Notes: generated by a model not told the origin, from the sequence alone. Shown: positions 51,977-63,800, numbered from the stretch's first letter. The stretch is 64,000 nucleotides of DNA from Geosiphon pyriformis uo1 (GCA_016748015.1 JAAOMT010000299.1:905090-969089), one strand, 5' to 3'. Numbers and translations: made by a program.

Positions 51977-54900
51977 GTGGCAACCACACCAGATGCAACA
52001 ACTCTAGAGTATTACCAATCAATTTACACCCACTGCAAGCAAAGATTCAACATTCCAGATGGAATTAAAGTTGTCAAGAAATCAGTATACCAATACATTA
52101 AAAACCACATCAACAATTATTTTTTTGGAAATTACAATATCTTAGAAGTTAGAAGCAATCTTTACAACAATTTAGCACACTATTCACAGTTGAAAACTGA
52201 AGACCTTAACAGTGAAACACTTGCCACTTACTTTCAAGAACTAAATTTTAACATTATTAAGTACTGTAAAGAAACATATCCAGTGCAGTTTCAATATTTC
52301 ATTGATTTTGAATCAGAAACAGAAACAAGCAACAAAGGCAAACAAAAATTGAAGCAATACTCAAAAACCACCCCAAATACCCCAATACTATCAAAAACAA
52401 CTGCCAAACACTTACAAACACCTGAACAAGGAACCAGTTCAAAACTTCTACTTACTATTACACCTTTTCCAGCTTCACTTGCACAAGCACAAACACTTAA
52501 TTTACTCTTGAATTGATTTGTAAGACCAGAAAATTTTATATCACTCAGAAGTTCTACCAGACAGCAAGAACCCCTTCAAACTAGTTCCAATCTTCTTGAT
52601 TTTCTATCTGAAAATCAAAGTGAACACTCTGAGACAGCAGCAAATGAAGAAAACGACTCTGAAATAACTAAAAAAGAATCAATAGACAGTAAAAACAAAG
52701 AAAATGAAATGACAGCATAGATCGCAAAAATTCCTGAATTTAATGGAAAAGATATTGAGACCAGTCCCCAAGAATGGCTCGACCAAGTTACTAAAGCTGG
52801 AGATGCAAATAAATGGAATGCTGCCAGAATGTTAAGAACAATTCCCTACTTTTTCAAAGGAACAGCAGGAGAATGGTTTGAAAACTTGGCCACTCTATTT
52901 AATGATTGGGACACTTTCAAAGCAGCCTTCCTTGAACAGTTCACCGACAATAATACCTCTATCACTCTTCGAAATCGTTTTTGCAATATCAAACAAGAAC
53001 TCTTCAAATCTGTTATGATTTATATTGGGAAATTCAACAAACTTTTCAGATGAATTCACCAACTTGAAACTAATGATTATTATTCTGATGCTCAAATCTT
53101 GGATCAATTTATCACTGGTTTAAAGAATAAACTGATTAAAAAGGTTCACCCACATGCCCCAGAAGATTTAAACTCTGTCATTCAGCATGCAAAAAGATAT
53201 AAAATGGCCATAGAAGAAGCCAATCATACAAAACTCATGAACTTAGCTATTGGAGAAACCAGCTCAGCAGCTGAAGAAAAAATTGACCAATTTGCAAAGA
53301 AAGTCGAAAACTATTTCACCAACCAACAACAACAGCAACCCCAAAGATATCAACCACTCCAAAGACGGAATCAAAACAACTTCACATCACTTTCTAATAA
53401 CCAGTCTCAGAGTTGCCATTACTGTAGAATTCCTGGCCACTGGAAAAAAGATTGCAGAAAGCTACAATGAGACCAACAAAATAAGAGTAATCAATGTTAT
53501 CCTCCACTACAGCAATCTTATTATCAACCACCATCACTAGCTTACTATCTACCAAGACTCCAATATCAAAGTAACTATTATCAGTCTGTTCCACAGCCAA
53601 TTCAACAGCAATACCAACAACCACCCACACAACATTATCAAGTGCCTGCTCGAAGATTAATCCCACAAATTTAATTTACACTACAAAACTGATACCAAGT
53701 AAACAACAATAGAATCAATTCAAACAACTAATTAGTTCTCTGAAATCCAGTTCAGCCAAGACCCACCCATTATTATACTCAACCTAGCTATCTTACAATA
53801 CCTAAAGAACAGGATTTTTATCATACTGCACTCTCGGAAGGTAGAGTTGTAGCATGACAACAAAACCCTTCCTATACTTCTATTACAATTTCATCAGCCA
53901 GAATTGCTGAAAACGCCAACCTTTCAGACATATTCCCTTTTGAGTTTGAAGCAAATAAGTCACCATTTCTGCTCAGCAATGCGGCCACCAATAAACAAAA
54001 AGCAATCACTGCTATGTACACTGAAGCAGAAGTTGAAGAAAAGACAATTCACTTGATCCTAGATAGTAGATCCACCAGAAGCATCATTACCTACCAGTTA
54101 ATACAACAGTTAAAGAGAAATGTCGACCGACCAGCTCAAACAGTAATTGTTACTGCCGATGGCATAAAAAAGACTCCAGTAGGAGAAATTGACAATTTTC
54201 AGTTCACTCTTGATGGAATCATCATTCCAATCAAAGTTCTTATAATGGACGCACCCCAATACCAAGCTCTCGTCAGAAATGATTGGCTTCAAAAAGCCAA
54301 TGCTAATCTGAATTGGGAGACACAAGAGTTAACAATCTTCTATTAAAGACAACACACCCAGGTACCTGCCACTTGTGGTACATTCAACAAACACTCCGAA
54401 AAAGCCCCAGCTTTTGAATTCGAACCGGAAGAAGAAAAGCCCATCATTAAAACATTTATGGCACTTGGATCAACCTTCAATTAAACTGATGAAACTGAAC
54501 AACAGTACTTTTCAACAAATGATTCTCTTGAAACAGAAAAACCAGTGACAACCAGATAGAATATCCCCTATTCAAAACCAGAACCACGAAAACAACGCCC
54601 CTACATTCTACTCAAATGCAAGAACTGCCACAAGAAACTCTCCTCAATGGGAGCCTGCATTTCACCTGAAGAAGAATATGAAAATCATACTTGTTATTAC
54701 TACAAGGCTTGCTATAGAGAACGATAGGGCCATCTAATAAAAAGAAGCGGAAAATGAGATAACATCCCTTGTTTGACTTGTGAAGATATGCTACCAGAAG
54801 AATGCAATTAGATTGATGTAGCAATGAGAGGAGGAGTCTGCAATCAGATCTGCCAATATGCTTTATCAATTTCAGAAAAAGTAAAAAGAGGAACACCCTT

Positions 54901-57609
54901 TGATGCAGCATACAACAGTGCTCTTAACAAACTGTACCATTACCCTCATGATGCCAAAATGATTTTTGACCTAGCAATGGCTTTAATCAACAAAGCCACT
55001 CAAGAAAATGTTTGTCAAATGAAAGAATCAGAATACATTATATACACCTTTGAAATCACTGGATACAACTACAAAAATGAAGTAGAAGTATATCACTAAA
55101 TTGCCAGTCACACTTACCTGATCAAAGAAGCTCAAGCTCAATGGCTAGAGCAAATGAACGTTAAATTGTGTGAAGAATGCATAATGCCCTGTGATAAGCA
55201 ATGGTGTCCTGAATGCTATGCTCTTAGCATTCTCCTGCTCAGTGAAAACAATAAAAACGAAATTGAATTTGGAGAACCTGAAGCAACAAAAGAAATTAAA
55301 ACAACACCCATCTATTTTATCGAAAGTCAGCCTGTCTTACAACTCAAATACTTTAACAACAATGGACAAGGAATAAAACCTAAAAAAGCACATGAAATTG
55401 ATGCTGGATATAATCTAAGATATCCAGACAAGAATATTTTTGTTCTCAAACCCAAATCTCTCACAAAAATCAATCTCAAAATTGCACTCAAAATCCCGCC
55501 AGGAGCAATGGTTCAAATTGCCTCCTGGTCCTCTCTGGCAAGCAAAGGAATCAATGTCAGAGGAGGAATAATTGATGCTGGATATATGGGAGACATTACA
55601 GTAATGCTTCAAAATAAAACTGACAAACCATTCAAGATTGACCATGCTGAAAAAATTGCCCAAGCTATTTACCTACTCCTAATCAACATTTCGGGTTTGC
55701 AACTAGTCAATCAAAGAGAACAATTAGGAAAAAGCGATAGAAGAACCCAAGGTTTTGGTTTAACTGGACAATTCACAGTTCCAGTTAATATAGCTCTTAA
55801 CACACAGAACAAATCCCACCAGATTCTTAGACTTCTACAATCAATTACCATCTCACTTTTTAGAGAACATTTGGAAATCTATACCTGCCCAAAACCAACA
55901 ACCACACAACAAATTTTTGAGTCCAATAAACAAGTCTGCTTGGAACATAATATTTTGATCCCAAACATTTATATTCCAGAAGAAACAAAGAAAATCCAAG
56001 TTACTTTTTACAATCCCAACAATTACCTCATAGTTCTATTAAATAACTTAGAAATTGGAGTCATTCACAGTAACATCTTTCAACAAGAACTACCCCAGAC
56101 AGTTCCCAATTTTTCGGAAATCATTGGAGATTCACTACCAAAAATCAACCCAAACCCTAGCTCTGAAAACTACCATGTTGTCATAGAAAAACTATCTTGA
56201 ATCAACATGGGACAACTTGAATCACAACAACAAAACCAGCTCAAAAAGCTAATTGCAGAATTTGCCAATATTTTTGCCAAAAACAACAATAACTTAGGAA
56301 GAACCAATTTGGTCCAACACCAAATTTATATAGGAGATGCCAAACCAAAAAGACAATAAGCATATCAAGTTGCTCCAGAAAGCCACCAATTTATCCAAAA
56401 AGAAGTACAACAAATGCTTAACAATGGGCTCATTCAACCCTCCATGAGTCCTTGGGCTTTACCTGTAGTGCTAATTAAAAAGAAAAATGAAAAGATACAA
56501 TTTTGTGTTGATTATCAACAATTCAACAGTGTTACAATTGGAGATGCTTACCTCTTTTCCTAAATTAATGACATGTTAGATGCCCTTGGAAAATCCAAAT
56601 ACTTTTCAACACTAGATTTAGAAAGCAGTTACTGGCAAGTTGCTATGGATCCCAAAGATTGCCCAAAACAGCATTCACTACTCAAGGCAGAAATTATGAG
56701 TTCAATGTAATGTCTTTCGGATTATGCAATGCACCAGCAACATTTCAGAGATTAATAGATGTTGTGTACCAAGGGCTCCTTTGGAAGTCAGTAGTCATTT
56801 ATCTTGACAATACTGATGTTTATTTTCTATTATTCGAATTATACTTAAAACATCTGTGAAAAGTTTTTCAATGATTATGAAAAGCAAGACTAAAACTCAA
56901 CATCAAAAAATGCTACTTTGGAAAAACAAGCTTGGCCTTTCTTGGTCATATCGTTAGTAAAGATGAAATCAAACCAGACCCTGGAAAAATCAGCACTGTC
57001 AAAAACTTCAAAACTCTTCAAAACGTTACAGAACTAAGAAGATTTGTAGGATTAGCCTCCTACTATCGGAAGTTTATCAAAGGATTCTCAGAAATCGCAA
57101 AATCTCTCAACCAGCTTATCACCAAAAATGTCAAATACAAATGAACTGCTGAATGCCAAAATGCATTTGAAATCCTCAAAGAAAAACTAATGACAGCTCC
57201 AATTCTCGCCTATCCAGATTTTAGCAACCGATTCCAATTAGCAACAGATGTCTCTTATACTGCCTTTGGTGCCATCTTATCACAATTAGATGACAACGGA
57301 AATGAGCAAGTAATTGCTTATGCTAGCAGAACATTAAAACCAGCCGAGAAAAACTATCCTGCCACAGAACTAGAAACAGCAGCCATAATCTGGGCCCTAC
57401 ACCACTTCAATCTTTATCTTAGGCCTAAAGAATTCGATATTATCACTGATAATATTGGACTCAAATGGCTTCAGAACAAAAATACTCAGCTGAACACAAA
57501 ACAAACCCAATGGACAGGATTTCTAGCAAACTATCAATACATAGTACATCACAAACCAGGAAAACTCCACACCAATGTTGACTGTCTCTCCAGAATGAGA
57601 CAAGATTAG
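51977..57609 (+). pseudogene. E6 gag-pol polyprotein: N-terminal extension, capsid, CCHC nucleocapsid, protease, Cys-rich domain, dUTPase, dUTPase-like domain, RT, RNase H
   Basis: ORF fragments at 51977, 52829, 53099, 54014, 54824 and 55154 share one frame. Motifs: CHYCRIPGHWKKDC; LILDSRSTRSII; DAGYNL, SWSSLA, GGIIDAGYMG, KIAQAI, QGFGLTG; KTAFTT, FGLCNAPATFQR, YLDN; TDVSYTAFGAIL, ELETAAI, NVDCLSR. One 1-bp frameshift near 56660. Confidence 0.92.
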
Positions 57610-57660
57610 AAAACACAAAAACCAACACTCAACTTAACCAACCAAAACAGCCAACAAATA

Positions 57661-59046
57661 ATGAATTCGGAAAACTACAACAATCTCAAACAATATTTGG
57701 AAACATTAACAATCCCAACAGATTGGTCTCCAGATGAAAAACATTGACTACAACAACAAACCAAACAATATTTTCTACACAACAACATTATTTATCATTG
57801 AAATTTCAAAAACCCAGACAAACCACTCAAATTAATACAAAAACAGGAAAAAGAGACTATATTATACAACATGCATTCAGATCCTTCATCAGCACACTTT
57901 GGAAAAGACAGCACCACCCAAAGAACACTAGAATACTACTTTTGGCCTCGAATGAGAAAAGACATTCACGAATATGTTGAATTTTGTGATAGTTGTCAAA
58001 GAAAAAGAGGAACATGCCCTACTGAACCATTAAATCCAATCAAAGTTGGACAACTCTTTGACTGAGTTAGTATCAATTTAGTTGGACCATTATCTATTAC
58101 CACTTAAAGAAACTGTTATATTGCAGTAGCTATAGACTATCTTACTAAATGGCCTAAAGCCAGAGCCATTCAATGAACAGATGCAAAATCAGTAGCAAAT
58201 TTCATCTATGAAGACATTATTTGTAGACATGGATGTCCAATTGAACTTTTATCCGATCAGAGAACACACTTTGTAAACAACCTGATACAAAAAATTTGCA
58301 AACAATTCAATGTCAAAAGACCTCTGTCTTTACTCTACCATCCACAAACAAACGGACTTGTGGAATGTTTTAACAGAATATTGTGTGAGTCATTAGCCAA
58401 AGTCTCAACCAATTTTGAGCAAGAGTAAGATATCTTTATTCCATTAGTGTTACTAGCATATAGAACACTAAAACAAGATACCACAAAACACACACCATTT
58501 GATTTAACTTATGGAAGGACAGCAACATTACCAATTAGTTTCACAGTAGAAACATACCCAGCACAACCAATCAATAAAAACAATTTCCAGAAAACACTAC
58601 AATGAAGAGTCTACACTCTGCTTAGCACATTGGAAAGAAAATGATGAATAGCAGCAACTCATATTGAACATTCTCAAGCTCAACAAAAAGAAAAACATGA
58701 CAACAAATTACCACCTATTACCAACAAATTTAAAGTTGGAAATAAAGTTTTCTTACACAGAACTAAAGCTAAAAAACAATGGAGTGGAAAATTTGAAAAT
58801 AAATGGGATGGACCATTCTTTATCTATGAAATTCTAGACAACGGATCATACAAGTTAAGACTTGATGACAAAATCCTAGCAAAAGTTGCACATGGAAATC
58901 ATTTGAAACACTATAATTCCAGAAACAATCCTGAACCATTAATTCCACAAATTGGCACACATTCCCTTTTAATCAATCCCAAAGATATTCCCTGGAATTT
59001 AGAACCAATAGTTGTTATTGAACAACCTCCCAACTTAAACACTTAA
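57661..59046 (+). pseudogene. E6 integrase in its own ORF (HHCC, DDE core, GPF/Y module; no chromodomain)
   Basis: ATG at 57661. HSDPSSAH...CDSC; INLVGPL, DYLTKW, SDQRTHF, YHPQTNGLVECFN; KWDGPF, GSYKL. TAA at 59044-59046. Confidence 0.9.
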
Positions 59047-59168
59047 TTTAAATTTATTATTATAGTTATCTTCTTATAATTTAAAAACAATCTCACAAAA
59101 ACAAAACAAAAATAACATAAAAACCCATACACCAAAAATAATTTTCTTTTATTTTCAAATCTCTTATA

Positions 59169-59887
59169 ATGACTATTCTTCAAAACATTTAACAATTATT
59201 CCAAAAACTAATGTAAGCTTTAAAAACAATACCCGAATTATCTATTACTATTACTGGAAACCACATTAATTATACCCAAACAGAAATAGTCACAAATTTA
59301 ACCCCAAATTCACGAAAATATCACCCATATAAAAAGAACACAAGAAGTTATTCTGGAATTCACCTGCCAGAACTTTTAAAGCTTGCTTTAAGAGAAAACT
59401 TAATGCTCACTTCTATTAGTATTCTACTGAATGCTACTATTCACAAAAACTTCAACTGTGTCTTAATGAAGAAAACTATGACTATATTCTAATATATAGA
59501 TATTTCTACATTGGAAAAACACTTCATGAATAAAAACGGGAGCTTACAGCAGCAAACCTTACAAAAAAAGCTATTCGGAAACAACTCTACAATGAATTCA
59601 AGACAACAGCTAGACCTACAAACAGTCATTATAAACTAAGAGCTGCTCTTAGACTTTATGACCTATTTCACGCCTGTGAAAATGTCCTATAAAACCCAAT
59701 TTTACAACCTTTGAAGATTCAATACATTGGAAAGCTCACAGAACTGAAATTTCAACAATTTTCAGACCAAATTTCTTCAATAATTTTGGATTATTATCTG
59801 GAAATTACAGACAGTACTTGGATTTCGACGGAGCTTAGTCTTGAGGAAGAGGTTATGTTACTAAATGAAATTAGAGATATTATTTAG
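59169..59887 (+). pseudogene. E6 ORF3, about 240-aa protein of unknown function overlapping the PPT and the start of the 3' LTR
   Basis: Reads MTILQNI...YRYFYIGKTLHE...KAIRKQLYNEFK...YKLRAALRLYDLF...IQYIGKL after correcting transition stops and one frameshift. Homologue at 43560-44274 on the minus strand. Confidence 0.8.
59843..59852 (+). promoter_or_regulatory. Polypurine tract of E6
   Basis: GAGGAAGAGG, 3 nt upstream of the 3' LTR TG. Confidence 0.8.
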
Positions 59888-60824
59888 CATGAAATTATTG
59901 TTATAATTCCCATCATTAATTAACATATATTATCATTTCAAATTATTACTTATTACATTAGCAAAATGTCCAAAATTATCATTTAATTAATAATCCAATT
60001 TGTATATGACACAAATGTAACCTAATTGCAATGATCAATCATGCAATACCCCGAACTATGTAACATTCAAAAAGTTTACCGAAATAATTGATAGTTCACC
60101 AAAATATCTAATAGTTTGCAGAAATAATTTGTAGTTTGCCGAAATATATCTTTAGTTCAGCAAAATTGTAGAAAATAGCAAAGTTCGAGTTCATAGAATA
60201 GTATTACAACAAGTTGTATAAAAGAAGAGTGTCTCTCTTTAAGAAAATGTATCTTACTTCAGATTAAAAAACAATTAGAATAATCCTTTACACCCAAAAG
60301 ACAAATAAATATCAAATAATTTGAAAAGCCAAATTCTTAAATTATTTTTCTTGAAATTAACCAATTCCTACTAACAGTTTGAAATTGACTAGCTACCAAT
60401 TTTGGTAAACTGTTAAAGCACTTCTAGGCCTGAATTCAAAATGACTTCTATAAATCATCAGTTTTACTTTTTCTTTTATATTTCTTTTATTTTTTTTCTT
60501 TTCTTATTATAAATCATTTGGGTAGCCTACAAACGAGAATTCTTGTAGAAAAGTTGACTTTCACAGCAAAGTAACTATACATTTTTAGTGAGCTTCCAGA
60601 CGAGCAATTTCTGGGAAAGAGTTGACATTTACTACAACGTAACTATACAAAGTAACTGGTATAGAATTGGCCATTCCACTTATAAGCCCAGCAGTTCAAA
60701 TTATAAGAAATAATTTGAAAATAAATTCAGTTACTGGAGGTTCAATCACATCCAGAAAATGAGAATCCACAGCAAACAGACATTAACAACATTTAAAAAA
60801 AGAGACCAAAAACCTCTGGTAACA
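59856..60824 (+). repeat. 3' LTR of E6
   Basis: TGTTAC...GTAACA followed by the TSD ACAG. Confidence 0.95.
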
Positions 60825-63800
60825 ACAGGCAATATTTTTGCCTTTGGTTAAAATAGCTTAGTTAGTATTAGTAGAAAACTAGAAAAAATTAAAGATTACA
60901 ACTAAAAGGATTAATAGATTTGGATCAACAGAAAGAATAGACATACTCATTAACATAACAGAGGAAAAAGTTGTTAACAAGAAAGAAATTATCTTCACCC
61001 ATTAATCAATTTCTATTTTACCATATGACCAGTATATGTTAGCCATAAAGAGAAAAGTAAAAGATCAGATTCAGATTTTTGAAGCAGAAACAACACTTTG
61101 TGAATCAAGAAAAATTAAATTAGTCAATCTATACATACCAGCCAAGAACCACAGTCACATTAAAATTTCCATTTACAACAACACAGAAAATGTCATTGAA
61201 ATACCAGAAGGAACCAATATTGGATATTTAACCACCAAAATCAAAAACTAACCACCAAACCCCATTCCAGACTTTTCACAACTGTGTAGATATGTCAACA
61301 TAACATCACAAACTATCTATGGATAGAATGAATGTTATTTGTTTTAATCTGAACAATTGAAACAAATGAACATAGGAAACTTAGATCCACTTTAATATAT
61401 ACAACTCAAAATATTACTCAACAACTTTACTAACATCTTTGCAAGTAAAAATGAATTTGGCAGAACTGACATAATTCAGCACCAAATTAAAACTGAAGAT
61501 ACAATGCCAATTAAACAAAGAGCATATCAGGTACTATCAACCAGCCATAAAATCATTCATTAAAAAATCAATTAGATGTTAAATAATGGGCTAATTCAGC
61601 CATCAATAAGCTCATAGTTATTACCAGTGGTACTAGTACATAAGAAAAATGGGAAAATTTGTTTTTGTGTGAATTACAGAAAACTCAATGATGTAACTCA
61701 TGGAGACAGTTATTCAACTCCATAGATTCAGGAATTATTTGATGCTTTTGGAGAAAAGAAATGATTCTCAACATTAGATCTAAATAGTGGTTACTGGCAA
61801 GTAGCCATGAATTCAGAAGATAAAAAAAAAACAGTGTTCACTATGAGAGAAAGGAATTTTAAATTTGAAGTGATGCCATTTGGCTTAACCAATGCACCAG
61901 CTACATTCCAATGACTAATGAAAATTGTTTACACCAGACTGCTATAGAAATTAGTAGTTATGTATTTAGATAACACCAATATGTTCTCAAAAACATTCAA
62001 TGATTATTTCTATCATCTTTAGCAAGTGTTTAAAAGATTTAAAAAATCAGAATTAAAATTAAATGCAACCAAGTATTTTTTCAGCAAAACAGAACTCAAG
62101 TTTTTGAAACATGTTGTAAGCAAAGAAGGCATTAAAACAGATCCAGATAAAATTGAAAGTTTTTTCTAGTACTCACCAACCTGACTGAGCTATAAGCATT
62201 CTTGGAATTTACAAGATACTATTGTCACTTTATCAAGAACTTTTTCAAACTAGCTCAACTATTATATCATCTACAAATCAAAAATATTAAATATAAATGA
62301 ACTGAAACACAACAAGAAACTTTTGACACACTAAGAAAAAAGCTTATTCAAGCTCCAGTACTGATCTATCCAGATCATAGCAAACTATTTATCATTACCA
62401 CTAATACATCAGATCAAGCATTGGAAGCAGTACTATTACAAAAAGAATCAGATAGAAGAGAACATCCAATAGCATATGCCAGCTGAAGCTTAAAGCCAAC
62501 CAAAAAAAACTATAGAACACCAACACTAAAACACTTAACAATTTATTGAGCTGTTATAAAATAAAAAAAATACTTAAGCCAGAAATTTGAGATGCACACT
62601 GACCACAAAGAATTGACTTCAATCTAGAAGCAAAAATTTGGAGATGATTGACATATAAGATAGAAAATAGCACTTTTATCATATACTTTTACAGTACATT
62701 ATAAAAAAAGAAAAAAAATGGAAATGCCAACAGTTTGTTGCAAATAAAACAAATCTGAACATTTTAACCCAAAAATATAACAAAAGATAAACACACAAAA
62801 ATATCAACAACTCCAGCATTATATAAATACTTAACAGTTTAAGGAGAAATTATCTCAAAAGAAACAAAACAACATAAAACAACAATCAAAATATTTTATC
62901 AACTATCAAAATATACTTTACCAAAAAAACAAAAGAAATCCAGATCAACCAATAAGAGTAATTACAGAACCAGAGAAAGAAACAATATTGTTCAACATGC
63001 ATTTAAATCCAACAGCAGAACATTTTTGTAAAGAAGCAATTATAGAAAAAATTAGAAAAAGATACTATTGGCCATCCATGTATCCAGACATCATTTAATT
63101 GTTCAAAATTGTGATACTTGTTAGAGAAAAAGAAAAACAAGACCCAATAAACCATTAAAACCAATTAAAGTTAGACAACCATTTGATTGTATTGGAATTG
63201 ACTTAGTTGGACCATTAACAATTACCAGTAGAGACAACAGATATATTACAGTAATTATGAATTATCTTACTAAATGGCCAGAAGCAAAAGCTATTCAAGA
63301 AGTGGATGCAGAATCTATTGCCAAATTTGTTCATCAAGATCTAATTTGCCAACACGGATGTCCAAAAAAACTACTATTAGATCAAAGAACTCACTTTGTA
63401 AACAAAACACTAGCAGAATTAAGTCAAAGATTTGGAATCAAAAGACTATTATTATTACCTTATCATCCACAAACAAATGGGTTAATTGAAAAGTTTAACA
63501 GAATATTGTGTAAAACAATTGCCAAAATCAGTCAAAAAAACCAGGATAAATGGAATTTGTTTATACCATCAGTATTATTTGCTTATTGAACAATAAAGCA
63601 AGACACCATACAAGCAACTCTATTTAAATTAGTATATGATAGAACAACAAAATTACCAGTTAAGATAAAAGTCAACATATATCTAACAGAACCAATAACT
63701 GAAGACAATTTTCAAAAAACATTGCTAAGAAAAACATATGACTTGATAGAAACTCTAGAAAACAAATGATAAAAAGCAGCTGATAACATCTAAAAGTCAC

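Larger units (their letters stand above)
50964..60824 (+). mobile_element. Ty3/Gypsy E6, structurally full-length (9861 bp), nested in the dUTPase of E5
   Basis: Two 969-bp LTRs, 4-bp TSD ACAG at 50960-50963 and 60825-60828, PBS and PPT present, PR-RT-RH-IN order. Confidence 0.97.

Noticed and set aside
56800-56815. RT motif YLDN in E6, E5 and E1 as a natural catalytic variant
   Set aside because: E2 has YLND. Both derive from YLDD by single G>A changes, which fits the hypermutation pattern.
58920-59046. Chromodomain at the integrase C-terminus
   Set aside because: Only a ~40-aa tail (LEPIVVIE) follows the GPF/Y module, with no aromatic-cage motif such as YLVKW.
59169-59887. ORF3 as an env gene
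   Set aside because: No visible signal peptide, furin site or transmembrane segment, and it is too short.
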